Source of the DNA: Promethearchaeati archaeon SRVP18_Atabeyarchaeia-1
Lineage (GTDB): Archaea > Asgardarchaeota > Atabeyarchaeia > Atabeyarchaeales > Atabeyarchaeaceae
Length of the DNA stretch: 64,000 bases
Assembly: GCA_037308085.1 (NCBI GenBank)
Contig: CP147779.1
Location: 288,001-352,000, forward strand
Reading direction: 5' to 3'
A model generated the notes under the pieces. It saw nothing but the letters and a program-made list of their open reading frames with translations, ran no database searches and was not told the DNA's origin. The first letter of the stretch is position 1; every line of letters starts with the position of its first letter. Positions 28,557 through 38,163 of the stretch are shown here, one piece after another. The position numbers and the translations under genes are program-made.

Positions 28557-29987
28557 ATGAAGATCAAGAAGGAGGAAGACTTCAGTTCCTGGTATGATGA
28601 AGTGCTCCAAGAGGGAGAGCTTGTCGATATTCGGTATGGCGTGAAGGGTTTCATCATCTACAGGCCGAACATAATGCGAATCATTAACCAAGTATATCGG
28701 CTATACGATGTCGAACTCGAGAAAACCGATCATAGTCCTTGCCAATTTCCAGTAGTTATTCCCTTGAGCTACTTCAGGAAGGAGTCTGCCCATGTTCAAG
28801 GCTTCGAGGATGAAGTATTCTGGGTGACTAAGGCGGGAAGCCATGAGCTGGAGGAACCCTTGATACTGAGGCCGACTAGCGAAACTGCAATCTACCCTAT
28901 GTACTCCCTGTGGATCCGGACCTACAGGGATTTGCCAATAAAATATTACCAGGGAGGATCAGTTTATAGATATGAGACCAGGGCGACGAGACCGCTCCTC
29001 AGGGGTAGGGAGTTTCTCTGGATCGAGACTCACACGGCGCATGCAAGCCTTGAAGACGCGGAAGACCAAGTCAAGCAGGATATGAGCATCGCGAACAAAG
29101 TCGTGTACGAGAAATGTGGCATTCCTTTTCTAATGCTAGATAGACCTGAATGGGACAGGTTTGCGGGAGCACAGAGAACTTATGGGTTCGACACCCTGCT
29201 TCCCGATGGGAAAGCACTTCAGATAGGGACTACGCATCTGTTGGCTGACAACTTCTCCAAAGTATTTGATATTCAGTTCGAGGGCAAAGATGGAAGTAAG
29301 AGCTTTGTGCAGCAGACATGCTATGGCCCTGGAATCTCACGAATCGCTGCCTCCGTAATCTGCATTCACGGCGATGACTATGGTTTAGTCCTACCTTTTG
29401 AGATGGCCCCTGTCCAGGTAGTTGTTGTCCCAATAGTTTTCAAAGAAGGGGAGAAGACAGTTATCGAAAAATGTGCCGGGATCGCGAAGCGACTTGAAGA
29501 ATCTGGAATCAGGGTGAAGTTTGATGATCGAGAACAATCGGCTGGATCCAAGTTCTATTACTGGGAGCTAATGGGTGCGCCGGTAAGGGTCGAGGTTGGC
29601 CCCAAAGAAGCACAAAGCCAAACGGTGACCCTGTTCAGAAGAGACAATAGGACGCGTCAAAGTTGCAGCGAGGAAAATCTGACCGAAGTAATCCTGAAGG
29701 TTGGAGCCGACATATTGAACTTCCTAAGAAAGAAGGCTGAGGATCGCCTAAAAAGGAGCATAACTTGGGTGAATACAAAGAAAGAGCTACTGGATTCAAC
29801 CAAGAAGGGCGGTTTCTTAAAGCTCAACTTCTGTGGAAGGCAGGAATGCGCAGACGAGATGAAGAGTCAGACTGGGGGTTTCGAAGTCAAAGGGACTTCC
29901 TTTGAGTCTGATGAGAAACCAAAGGGGAGTTGCGCATGGTGCGGTGAGACAGCGACCCAAGTAGTGTACGCCGCGAAATCATATTAG
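28557..29987 (+). CDS. proS: Prolyl-tRNA synthetase (archaeal/eukaryotic type)
   Basis: LRPTSET, REFLW.E.H and the C-terminal AKSY. Confidence 0.96.
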   Translation: MKIKKEEDFSSWYDEVLQEGELVDIRYGVKGFIIYRPNIMRIINQVYRLYDVELEKTDHSPCQFPVVIPLSYFRKESAHVQGFEDEVFWVTKAGSHELEEPLILRPTSETAIYPMYSLWIRTYRDLPIKYYQGGSVYRYETRATRPLLRGREFLWIETHTAHASLEDAEDQVKQDMSIANKVVYEKCGIPFLMLDRPEWDRFAGAQRTYGFDTLLPDGKALQIGTTHLLADNFSKVFDIQFEGKDGSKSFVQQTCYGPGISRIAASVICIHGDDYGLVLPFEMAPVQVVVVPIVFKEGEKTVIEKCAGIAKRLEESGIRVKFDDREQSAGSKFYYWELMGAPVRVEVGPKEAQSQTVTLFRRDNRTRQSCSEENLTEVILKVGADILNFLRKKAEDRLKRSITWVNTKKELLDSTKKGGFLKLNFCGRQECADEMKSQTGGFEVKGTSFESDEKPKGSCAWCGETATQVVYAAKSY

Positions 29988-30125
29988 ATGGGACATCGGC
30001 TGTAGCCAGCGGTAGGATCATAGGATAGCTAATAAAGGTACGACTGAATAGAGTGATTGGAACACGATACTTGTATTCTGATGAAGGTAGAACCTCAGAT
30101 TGAAGTGGAGGTGCAGTGGCTCTCA

Positions 30126-30488
30126 ATGTCATTATATGAGTTGCTAGTAAAGAGGCTTGGAGAAGCAGATAGATACATCAAGGAGGACGGAAAGATCAGA
30201 GGAGCCCTCAGGATGATAGGCAAGATCAAGGTTAATGTCAAAACCACTGATACAGCAGAGAACGTCGGAGCTACAATAAGCACCGACGGGGTGGATTTGT
30301 CCAAGGAAGCAGTTGAAGGACCGGCTATCACAATCACGGGAACTAGCCGAGTCTTAACGGACTTGATTCAGAATCCCGACCGGGCCAAATTCGATGAAGC
30401 CCAACGACAAGAGAAAATAAAGTTGGAGTCACACGGCCTTAAAGGGAAGCTAGTCATGTCTAAGGTGAAGGATCTTCTTTCGGCATGA
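30126..30488 (+). CDS. Hypothetical protein (possibly SCP2-like fold)
   Basis: ORF after a GGAGGTG ribosome-binding site; the fold is a guess. Confidence 0.55.
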   Translation: MSLYELLVKRLGEADRYIKEDGKIRGALRMIGKIKVNVKTTDTAENVGATISTDGVDLSKEAVEGPAITITGTSRVLTDLIQNPDRAKFDEAQRQEKIKLESHGLKGKLVMSKVKDLLSA

Positions 30489-30628
30489 GAGACCAAAACT
30501 AAACAAACCTAGAAGCCAACCTTAAGGAAAAGTATTCGACGTTCGTAAGATCGCAATGAGAAGGACAACTATAAAAGGAAACCTCGTATTATTATGGATT
30601 GAAAGACCTCGCCCTGAGGATCCTTATC

Positions 30629-31198
30629 ATGAGCAGCCCATCAGAACTAGTCGACATTCTGCAGAATGTGGCGAACATTTTTCTCCGAGCTGTCGAATCC
30701 ATTGAGAACCGAATGATGATGATAGAGCAGAGGCTCGACCAATTAGAGAGAACGTCCGCAGGATCTGGAGCATACGGGGCACCGCCTCCTAGTAGGGGGG
30801 CACCAGTTGCACCAAGCCAAGCCACGCCATCCGTGATGCAGGATAACCGGAGGGCACCTCCACCAATTATACCCCCGCCAGCGCCTCCTCAGCCACAGGC
30901 CTACGCTAGTCCTCAGCCGCAATGGGGAGCCCCAAGACAGGACAGCTACCCTCAGCCACCTAACCCGGGCTACCAGAGTAGACCACCAGCGCCCTCGTAC
31001 CCGCAGCAAGGCCAACAGCAGCAACCGCAAGGGTATGCTCCACAAGGGTACGCGCCACAAGGTCAGTCTCCTCCACAACAGCAGGGACCGCCTGGACCCA
31101 GACCGCCCGCTAATCCTTTGAACATCCGTCAGGAGATGACGGGTGAACTCAAAGATATTTTCGCAAGGATGAGGGCGCGTGCAGAAGGAAGGCAGTAG
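30629..31198 (+). CDS. Coiled-coil + Pro/Gln-rich + C-terminal amphipathic helix protein
   Basis: N-terminal heptads, PPPIIPPPAPP, QGYAP repeats and C-terminal IRQEMTGELKDIFARMR. Confidence 0.7.
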   Translation: MSSPSELVDILQNVANIFLRAVESIENRMMMIEQRLDQLERTSAGSGAYGAPPPSRGAPVAPSQATPSVMQDNRRAPPPIIPPPAPPQPQAYASPQPQWGAPRQDSYPQPPNPGYQSRPPAPSYPQQGQQQQPQGYAPQGYAPQGQSPPQQQGPPGPRPPANPLNIRQEMTGELKDIFARMRARAEGRQ

Positions 31199-31282
31199 GT
31201 TGGTCACCTGGCTACAAGGCAGATGGGGGATTTGAGCGTTGAGCGCTCGTCCTCACGATTGAAGTTAACACCTGTAGATAAT

Positions 31283-32707
31283 CTAGAAGTAATCAGATAG
31301 GTTTCTTTGAACGGGTTGTTTCTCCTTTTCCTCCGTCGCTGGCTTCCTTTGCCGTTGCTGCTCTTCACTTTCTTGGCTGATCTGGATGGAGCGATCAGCC
31401 CGAGTATTCTCGTCTTCAAATATTATGGGCTGCCCATATACTCCGTCGTATCCTGGCCTGAACCTTATCTTCTTCTCCCTCACCCTCAAGATCGCTTCCG
31501 ACACCCTATCTCCTGAAACTGATGCAATCTCACTTCTAGGCGCCTCAAGCAGAATGTAGAGTTCATTTGGGAACCTCTTGAGAAGTCTCCCATATTCCTC
31601 CCACACAGCCTTGGAGAAAACCTCCTTGAGTCCTAGCGCGATGGATATTATCTCTTGAAGAGGGATCAGACTCACATATGGGATAGCTCCTTGGGGCTTG
31701 AAGCCATCCGCCCTATCAGCAAGTTCCTCGACGCGATCCAACACACCGACCGTCAACTTCCTTCCACAGACTGGACATATCTCATGGCACCTGCTGGATT
31801 CCTTTGGGCCAAGGACGACTTTGCAAATCCTGTGCCCAGTGTAATGATACTTCCCGTAACTTGGATCAACTTCAATTGTCTCGATGAATCTTGCTGGATC
31901 TTTCTTTCGGATTGTGTCGACTATCTCCTTGTAGGTCACATTTCGCAGTTCGAGGACATTTGCCTCTCTGCCTACACGGTAAGGCCAAGGACTGTGAGAA
32001 TCGCTGTTGCTCATCAGGGTGAATCGGTCCAAACTTGAAAGACGCCAATTCATCGCAGGGTCTGAACTCAAGCCAGTTTCAAGCGCGTGTATGTTCCGCG
32101 TCTGATCCTGAAAACAATCCTCAATCCTATCAAAACCCGACCTAGACCCAAACAAACTGAAAAACGGCGTCCACACGTGTGCTGGGATTACCTCATTCCA
32201 CTGGTCAATCTCTGTTATGATCGCCGTGAGTTCTGCCGCAGTTACCTTAAGCTTTGGTCTTCCATCCGAATTGAGGTCACCGTATTTGGAGATTCTATCG
32301 TTTATCTGCTTCGCAACTTCAAGGTTCGGGCATAGAACTAGAAGGTGAATTCTCTTTGCCTTTTCCTCCCAAGTGAACTCTGTGTCAACTTCTCCAGTTA
32401 CCATGAAAAGGGTCGATCCCGATACGCCCCGACCGGTCTTTAAGGTGTACAGCCCGCTCTTGTCAACCTCGGAAAGGGACGATTCACATTCCGTGAGCCA
32501 TCTCGGCGAGGTAAAGTGGAGACTCACCTACCTTAGCTTGCCGAAGCATTACATAATGCAGGTCGAGTTGTCTCCTGTGCCGAGAAGACTCAAACCCTTG
32601 ACCCTAGCCTGTCTTTCAAGATTGACCAGATTCATGTCTTGGCTGGTAGCCGCCGAATACTTGCTATGAATATGGAGATCTGCGACGACCCTCAGATGGC
32701 TGTCCAC
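31283..32707 (-). CDS. endoQ: Endonuclease Q / PHP-domain Zn-finger nuclease; spliced, join(32707..32570,32515..31283), about 456 aa
   Basis: Exon 1 has DLHIHSKYS...LGTGD; exon 2 has FTSPRW, PAHVWTP, ETGLSSD, NSDSHS, GREAN, GKYH and CPVC. Confidence 0.88.
32516..32569 (-). other. BHB-type mRNA intron in endoQ (54 nt, contains in-frame TAA)
   Basis: Central helix GGAG/CTCC, bulges ACA and ACT, inner stems ACTC/GAGT and ACCTGC/GTAGGT. Confidence 0.85.
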
Positions 32708-32808
32708 CTCCGCAGCGAGGCATAACCATTATTATGTGAGATATTGCTTCTTCTCTTTATATCACTTCACTTTAGCGCATAAAATGCATCGCACCTGGAG
32801 ATGGTCTG

Positions 32809-34080
32809 ATGAAAAAGAGAGAGCGAGAAAACCAGGATGGGCGAGACAGCGCGATGAGACAGGAGAATCGCCCAAGAATCTTCGACTTTGTCGAGAAAGA
32901 TCCTATACTGGACATAGAAGCCACTACGGAGTATCCAGTCATGTACCGAGCCCTCGGTAGTGAACAGAGATCTGGACATCCCTACCATGTTTACGATGAT
33001 ATCCGGACCGAACCCCAAGCCGTCAAGAAGACACTGGGTATTATCGACAATGACGTCAAACGAATCGCAGGGGAATTCAATAGAAGGGAGATTGACCACG
33101 TAGTTGGCATTGGAATGGGTACAAGTCAATTCGTGGCACAGGCCTGTGGGCCAGCCTTCTGGGAGTGGGCGCACCTGACGACTGAGGATCGTGATAGCGT
33201 AGAGCTCCTTACAGCCGACAAGCCGTATGACTACGAGCACACGGCCCTGATATGTTATAGCGGTAGCGGAAGCACGGTGGACACTATCTCTGCCGCCAAA
33301 AAGTTGACAGAGAAAGGAGCCTACAGTGTGGCTATGACCTCGATAGCAGGTAGCCCACTTACCAAGATAACGAAGGATACAATTGCATGCGCCGGGGGAT
33401 ATGACACAGGTGGATCAGACACATTTCACTACGCGACGCGCCTTGCAGCAAGTCTAGCCCTTGCAATCGAACTGGGGAAGGACAGGGCAGTCAACCACAT
33501 AGACTTCAAGGTTCTCAAATCCCAGTTGATGGCAGTGCCTACGGCAATGGCGGACCGACTTGACGAGACTGATAAGCGCTGCCAGAGCATTGCAAAACAT
33601 AATGCAAGAAGTCGCAGCGCGATCATCATCGGATCTGGTCCTAACTATGGGACAGCTGAGGAGATGGCGCTGAAATTCGATGAAATGGCGCATATCCCCG
33701 CGAAAGCGATGGTGCCGACTCGACACTTACATGGTGCGCTTGGGCTAACGGCCGAAAACATTCAGACAATAATCCTCGCGCCAGAGAGCAAAGCCTCTCG
33801 ATGGATTGAGCAGATTGCAGATGCAACCGTCATGTTGAAGAGCCCATCGATGGCAATCGTACCCGATGGGGAGAACGTGATTTCCCTCGTCATGGACTAC
33901 GTGATCAGAACCCCCGTCACAAACGAGCATCTATTTGCGTTGTACGTTGTTCCAGCCATCCAAATGTATCCGTACTACTGCGCTATTGAACAAGGTGGCA
34001 TCAACCCTGATTGTCAGAGAAGCGACATTCCGAAATATGCCCGAGTTTGGAGGATGGTTCTTCCGAGAGGATCACACTGA
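32809..34080 (+). CDS. SIS-domain sugar isomerase/deglycase (GlmS C-terminal-like)
   Basis: GMGTS, SGSGST and AEEMALK motifs; tandem SIS domains. Confidence 0.85.
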   Translation: MKKRERENQDGRDSAMRQENRPRIFDFVEKDPILDIEATTEYPVMYRALGSEQRSGHPYHVYDDIRTEPQAVKKTLGIIDNDVKRIAGEFNRREIDHVVGIGMGTSQFVAQACGPAFWEWAHLTTEDRDSVELLTADKPYDYEHTALICYSGSGSTVDTISAAKKLTEKGAYSVAMTSIAGSPLTKITKDTIACAGGYDTGGSDTFHYATRLAASLALAIELGKDRAVNHIDFKVLKSQLMAVPTAMADRLDETDKRCQSIAKHNARSRSAIIIGSGPNYGTAEEMALKFDEMAHIPAKAMVPTRHLHGALGLTAENIQTIILAPESKASRWIEQIADATVMLKSPSMAIVPDGENVISLVMDYVIRTPVTNEHLFALYVVPAIQMYPYYCAIEQGGINPDCQRSDIPKYARVWRMVLPRGSH

Positions 34081-34083
34081 GAC

Positions 34084-34286
34084 GTCAAGAACTCCGTCCT
34101 AAAGGGCGGGGCTTGGATGGTGGTAAAGACGCAAGTCTTGACTAGAGGGCTCGAAGAGAGCAGAGGCGCCGTGGGCTACAATGCCGGCGGAGTGTACTAG
34201 GCTATTTAACCAGAGTATTTTCTACAAGCGGGAGACACCCCGATTTCTCCTCTCTCTGAAGGAAGGGGTCTCCTCAAGGGTTTAAG
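34084..34286 (+). mobile_element. ORF-less IS200/IS605 mini-element with the 5' part of an IscB-type omega/HEARO RNA
   Basis: GTCAAGAACTCCGTCCTAAAGGGCGGGGCTTG...CAAGTCTTGACTAGAGGGCT; terminal hairpin at 34246-34275 followed by ATGA. Confidence 0.7.
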
Positions 34287-35297
34287 ATGAAGAAGAGCGG
34301 TTACCGCTTATTGAGGGAGCTGGAGATGCGAAGAATGAGGGTTGGCGTTCTGGGGGCTCTGAATGTTGATATCGTAGTACACGGGTCAGCCCCCCATAAC
34401 CTAGGGGAATTGAGAGGATGGGTCGGTCCATCGGAGATCACTTGCCTTACTGCTGGTTCAGTGGGTTACTTCGCCCAGAACCTCGCCAAAATGGGTTGTA
34501 ACGTGCATCTCGTCTCAACGATCGCCGATGATACTCATGGAAAATCAATCATCTCATCTCTTCAAAGCGCGGGCATTGACACAGACCAAATAAACGTGGA
34601 GCCAAGAACTGAATCCGGGATAGGTGTCTACCTGCTCATCTTTGGAGCATCCAAGCGGCCGATGACTTACAAACTTCCAACCCATCATGCCTGGCCTCCT
34701 CATCTTGCCCCAGAGAACATTGGTTACCTGTTGGATACCGATCTGGTTCATTGTGGAGGCTATCTTCACTTCCCAGACCTTTGGAACAAAGATGTACCCA
34801 GCTTGTTTGCCAAGGCGCAGAAAAACGGACTGATAACATCCTTGGATCCGCAATTTCCACTCTCCCCGCTGGAATCGGCATGGATCGAGGTCCTGAAGCC
34901 AATTCTCGTCCACACAGACGTGTTATTCCTAGATGAGTATGAGGCGCTTGGCGTAGTTCGAGCAGAAGGATTTGACCAAGCTATAGGAAAACTCAAGCGG
35001 ATCGGTGTGGATGAAGTCGTAATCAAACTTGGGGAAAGGGGATGCCTATTACTGAACAAAGGTGCGGAGTTGTATCAACCTGCGGTGAAACCCGCGAAAT
35101 TCGTTGATAGCATAGGGGCGGGTGATTCATTTGATGTGGGATTTCTTTACGGCATCTTGAAAGGTTTCACGCCAGAGAAATCAGCTAAGCTAGCTGTGTA
35201 TGTGGCATCCAAGAGTATTGAAGGCCCAGGAGGAACGATCGCCTTTCCGCGAATCAGCGATATAGAAATCAGGGATTGGGAAAGGGAAGTAACTTAG
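34287..35297 (+). CDS. PfkB-family sugar kinase
   Basis: GALNVD and DSIGAGDSF motifs; the true start may be a downstream ATG. Confidence 0.88.
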   Translation: MKKSGYRLLRELEMRRMRVGVLGALNVDIVVHGSAPHNLGELRGWVGPSEITCLTAGSVGYFAQNLAKMGCNVHLVSTIADDTHGKSIISSLQSAGIDTDQINVEPRTESGIGVYLLIFGASKRPMTYKLPTHHAWPPHLAPENIGYLLDTDLVHCGGYLHFPDLWNKDVPSLFAKAQKNGLITSLDPQFPLSPLESAWIEVLKPILVHTDVLFLDEYEALGVVRAEGFDQAIGKLKRIGVDEVVIKLGERGCLLLNKGAELYQPAVKPAKFVDSIGAGDSFDVGFLYGILKGFTPEKSAKLAVYVASKSIEGPGGTIAFPRISDIEIRDWEREVT

Positions 35298-35313
35298 AAA
35301 AGAAAAACGCATC

Positions 35314-35320
35314 TTATATA
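35314..35320 (+). promoter_or_regulatory. Putative TATA box for vps4-vps25
   Basis: TTATATA preceded by an A-rich BRE-like stretch, about 90 nt upstream of vps4. Confidence 0.45.
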
Positions 35321-35408
35321 CGAGGCAGAGTTGTAGAATAGTCTATTAGCGAGTACCGTTCCAGTACCTTGTGGTCTATCCTGCTTCAAGTTGTGCATCG
35401 CCCGTTAG

Positions 35409-36587
35409 GTGGCTAACGACATGTCAGAAAGAATGTTCCAGCAAGCTAAACAGATAGCTGAGGAAGCTGTTAGGCTAGATAATGGTGGCAATTACAAGGC
35501 TGCGCTTCCACTCTATCTTCAGGCGGCCGAGATCCTGGCAAAAATGGTTAGGTTCACTGACAACTCAACTCTTCGTGTCAAGTACTCTGACGCCGCCAAG
35601 ACGTATATAGAGCGTGCTCAGGCACTGAAGACTTTGGCGGCAAGGGCTGCGCCACTTGGGAAAGCTGGCAAGCTTTCAGCCGGAGGGGAACAGGATACCG
35701 AGGAGGAAGCACGGAAGCAGGACATACTGGACACTATTCTCACCGAGAAACCCAATGTCAAGTGGGAAGACGTGGCTGACTTGAAGGATGCAAAGCAGGC
35801 ATTGCGTGAGGCAGTAATCATACCGACGCTTAGACCTGACCTTTTCCAGAGCAAAACTAGACGCGCGTGGCGAGGAATTATGCTCTTTGGACCACCCGGA
35901 TGTGGTAAGACAATGATAGCCAAAGCTGTCGCTACTGAATGTGAAGCCACATTCCTGAGCATAGACGCGGCCTCCATTATGTCAAAGTGGCTCGGGGAAT
36001 CAGAGAGGCTTGTGAAGGAACTGTTCAATGTGGCAAGGGACAATCAGCCAGCAATAGTATTCACAGATGAGGTTGATTCGATAGCGTCGACGAGAACTGG
36101 AGAGGAGATTGGCGGAGAGAGGAGAGTTAAGACTCAGTTCCTCAAGGAGATGGATGGAGTGAGTACAAAGGCAGACGAGAAGATTCTGGTTCTGGGCGCC
36201 ACAAACAGACCCTGGGATATTGACGAAGCGTTCAGAAGAAGATTTGAGAAGAGGATATACCTGCCAATGCCTAACGTCGACGCCAGGAAGGAGCTCTTCA
36301 AAATATACGTTAAGGAGATCGAGATTGATCCAGACTTCAACGCGGACAAACTTGTGGGGGCGACCGACGGTTACACAGGGTCAGATATTGCCATGATATG
36401 CAGGGAAGCATCCATGCAACCGATTAGGGAGCTCGATACCTCGGGGAAGATAACGGACCCAGCAGTTAAGGTGCGACCCGTTAACATGGAAGACTTTCTT
36501 GCTGCAATCAGGCGTGTTAGACCCGTTGTCTCAGCAAGTGAACTAAACAGGTTCAAGCAATGGAACGACGAGTTCGGCGCTTACTAG
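35409..36587 (+). CDS. vps4: Vps4 AAA+ ATPase (MIT + AAA)
   Basis: MIT domain (AVRLD...Y..A..LY...YIERA..LK), GPPGCGKT, SKWLGESE, RRFEKRIY and C-terminal DEFG. Confidence 0.93.
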   Translation: MANDMSERMFQQAKQIAEEAVRLDNGGNYKAALPLYLQAAEILAKMVRFTDNSTLRVKYSDAAKTYIERAQALKTLAARAAPLGKAGKLSAGGEQDTEEEARKQDILDTILTEKPNVKWEDVADLKDAKQALREAVIIPTLRPDLFQSKTRRAWRGIMLFGPPGCGKTMIAKAVATECEATFLSIDAASIMSKWLGESERLVKELFNVARDNQPAIVFTDEVDSIASTRTGEEIGGERRVKTQFLKEMDGVSTKADEKILVLGATNRPWDIDEAFRRRFEKRIYLPMPNVDARKELFKIYVKEIEIDPDFNADKLVGATDGYTGSDIAMICREASMQPIRELDTSGKITDPAVKVRPVNMEDFLAAIRRVRPVVSASELNRFKQWNDEFGAY

Positions 36588-36632
36588 CACAGACCAGCCA
36601 AGTTAGATATTGCCGAAAGAGGAAGGATCATA

Positions 36633-37340
36633 TTGGAGAAGCAGAAGGAAAAGGGGAAAGTGAAAGGGAGCTCCGACAGAGAAGAAAAGAAAGAAGAGCT
36701 GGTGAAGGAAGGACCTGATGTCGACTTGGAGTTAAAGAAGCTGGAACAGCAAGTCGCCAAGGAGAATAGGGAAAACGCGGCGGGATTGCTTCCGGACCAG
36801 TCTGAATCCGGAGCAATCGCCAAGCAGGGAACGCAGCTAGCCGGCAGAACAGCTTTAGAATATCCCAAGTGGATCGACTATCCGTGGATGTACACGAGAC
36901 CCCTAAGGGCTGAATATCTGGATTCATGGTTGAAGGATTGGGGGGATTTCATCCTAAAGTGGTGCCAATTCACAGTTCACCATGTTGTTGGTCTAAAAGA
37001 TTTCAATACGTCGAAACCATTTGACAAGCTACCCGAGAAGGAGCTACGCGACATTCTTCAGTTCATGATCGACAGAGGACTCGGAAAATGGATTGACAAA
37101 GACAGAACTGTCGCCAGAATAATGTGGCGCTCTCTTCAGGAATGGGCGACAGAGTTGTATGAATGGGCTTACCGCAATGGCGTGGAGATACTTGATGTGC
37201 CTATGATCAGAAGCGCAAACAAGGATTTTAGTACGCTCCCAGTCCCAGACATTAGGGGCGTGATGGATGAGATGGTCAAGAACAAGCAGCTCAAGTGGAT
37301 CGACAGGAATCATGAACAGGCGAAGCTAATCTTTCAATAG
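36633..37340 (+). CDS. vps25: ESCRT-II subunit Vps25-like
   Basis: YPWMY..P....W...W..FIL.W and WRSLQEWA..LY.W patterns; adjacent to vps4. Confidence 0.82.
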   Translation: MEKQKEKGKVKGSSDREEKKEELVKEGPDVDLELKKLEQQVAKENRENAAGLLPDQSESGAIAKQGTQLAGRTALEYPKWIDYPWMYTRPLRAEYLDSWLKDWGDFILKWCQFTVHHVVGLKDFNTSKPFDKLPEKELRDILQFMIDRGLGKWIDKDRTVARIMWRSLQEWATELYEWAYRNGVEILDVPMIRSANKDFSTLPVPDIRGVMDEMVKNKQLKWIDRNHEQAKLIFQ

Positions 37341-37366
37341 AAAAGTGAGTTTGCTCCCTCAATCCT

Positions 37367-38107
37367 CTACTTGTCTCCAACATTAGCGGGAGTTAAGCCA
37401 GGGAAATACCACCGAGTTCCAGTGGCATAGCTACGCTCAACTCGCGTGATACCAATCTGCTCTAGACTTCTTAGCGTTCTTTCCACGCGCTCCCTTGGCC
37501 ACTGCGTCTTTAGCATTACTTCCTCAGTAGTAAGCCATCCTTTCTCGGCTGCCAAATCTAGTACTCTGTTCGAATCGTCGGTCAGTTCAGCTGGAAGGAA
37601 TTCCACTATTTTTACCCCAGACGGAAGAGTTCTTACACCAGTTATTAGTCCAGCGTCTTTCAGCACCTCAACTGCTTTGACTATCTCTCCCAGCTCTGTT
37701 ATCTTTCCTGATTGTTCATTACTGACTCTCAGCGCCACTTCGGCAAGAGTGAGAACACCGCCGCTTTCCTTCGCTCTACTACCAGTCGCTTCGAGAATTT
37801 CCACTGCCAACAGATTATAATATTTCCCTTTGCCTATGAGCTTCTCAAACACTGTCGGTTCAATCTTTTCTCGCGTTGGAGGCGTCTCCGTCAGACCGAG
37901 CTCTACCTTCAGCGCTTTGAGTTTTTCTCTATATTCAGGAGACGTCATGAGCTCGGAGTACTTCTCCTCAAATTGCTCAATTCTTTGCCTCAGATCCTGA
38001 ATGTTGTTAAACATCCCCTGAAGTTCCTGCATCATCAGCTCTACCTTCTCTTTCTCGAAAGCCTGCTTAAGCTGTATTTTCCGTTCAATCTCATGAAGCC
38101 CACACAT
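37367..38107 (-). CDS. vps22: ESCRT-II Vps22/Vps36-like (EAP30 domain)
   Basis: YYNLLAVEI, GGVLTLAEV, ELTDD...VL and W..ER....L motifs. Confidence 0.85.
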   Translation of the reverse strand: MCGLHEIERKIQLKQAFEKEKVELMMQELQGMFNNIQDLRQRIEQFEEKYSELMTSPEYREKLKALKVELGLTETPPTREKIEPTVFEKLIGKGKYYNLLAVEILEATGSRAKESGGVLTLAEVALRVSNEQSGKITELGEIVKAVEVLKDAGLITGVRTLPSGVKIVEFLPAELTDDSNRVLDLAAEKGWLTTEEVMLKTQWPRERVERTLRSLEQIGITRVERSYATGTRWYFPGLTPANVGDK

Positions 38108-38163
38108 TGTCTGATCAGTACTCCCAAAATCGAAGGTCGTCTACGAAATATGATGACAGCCTA

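Noticed and set aside
32522-32535. AAGGTAGGTGAGT in the endoQ intron resembles a spliceosomal 5' splice site
   Set aside because: It lies at the 3' end of the intron and is explained by base pairing in the BHB stem.
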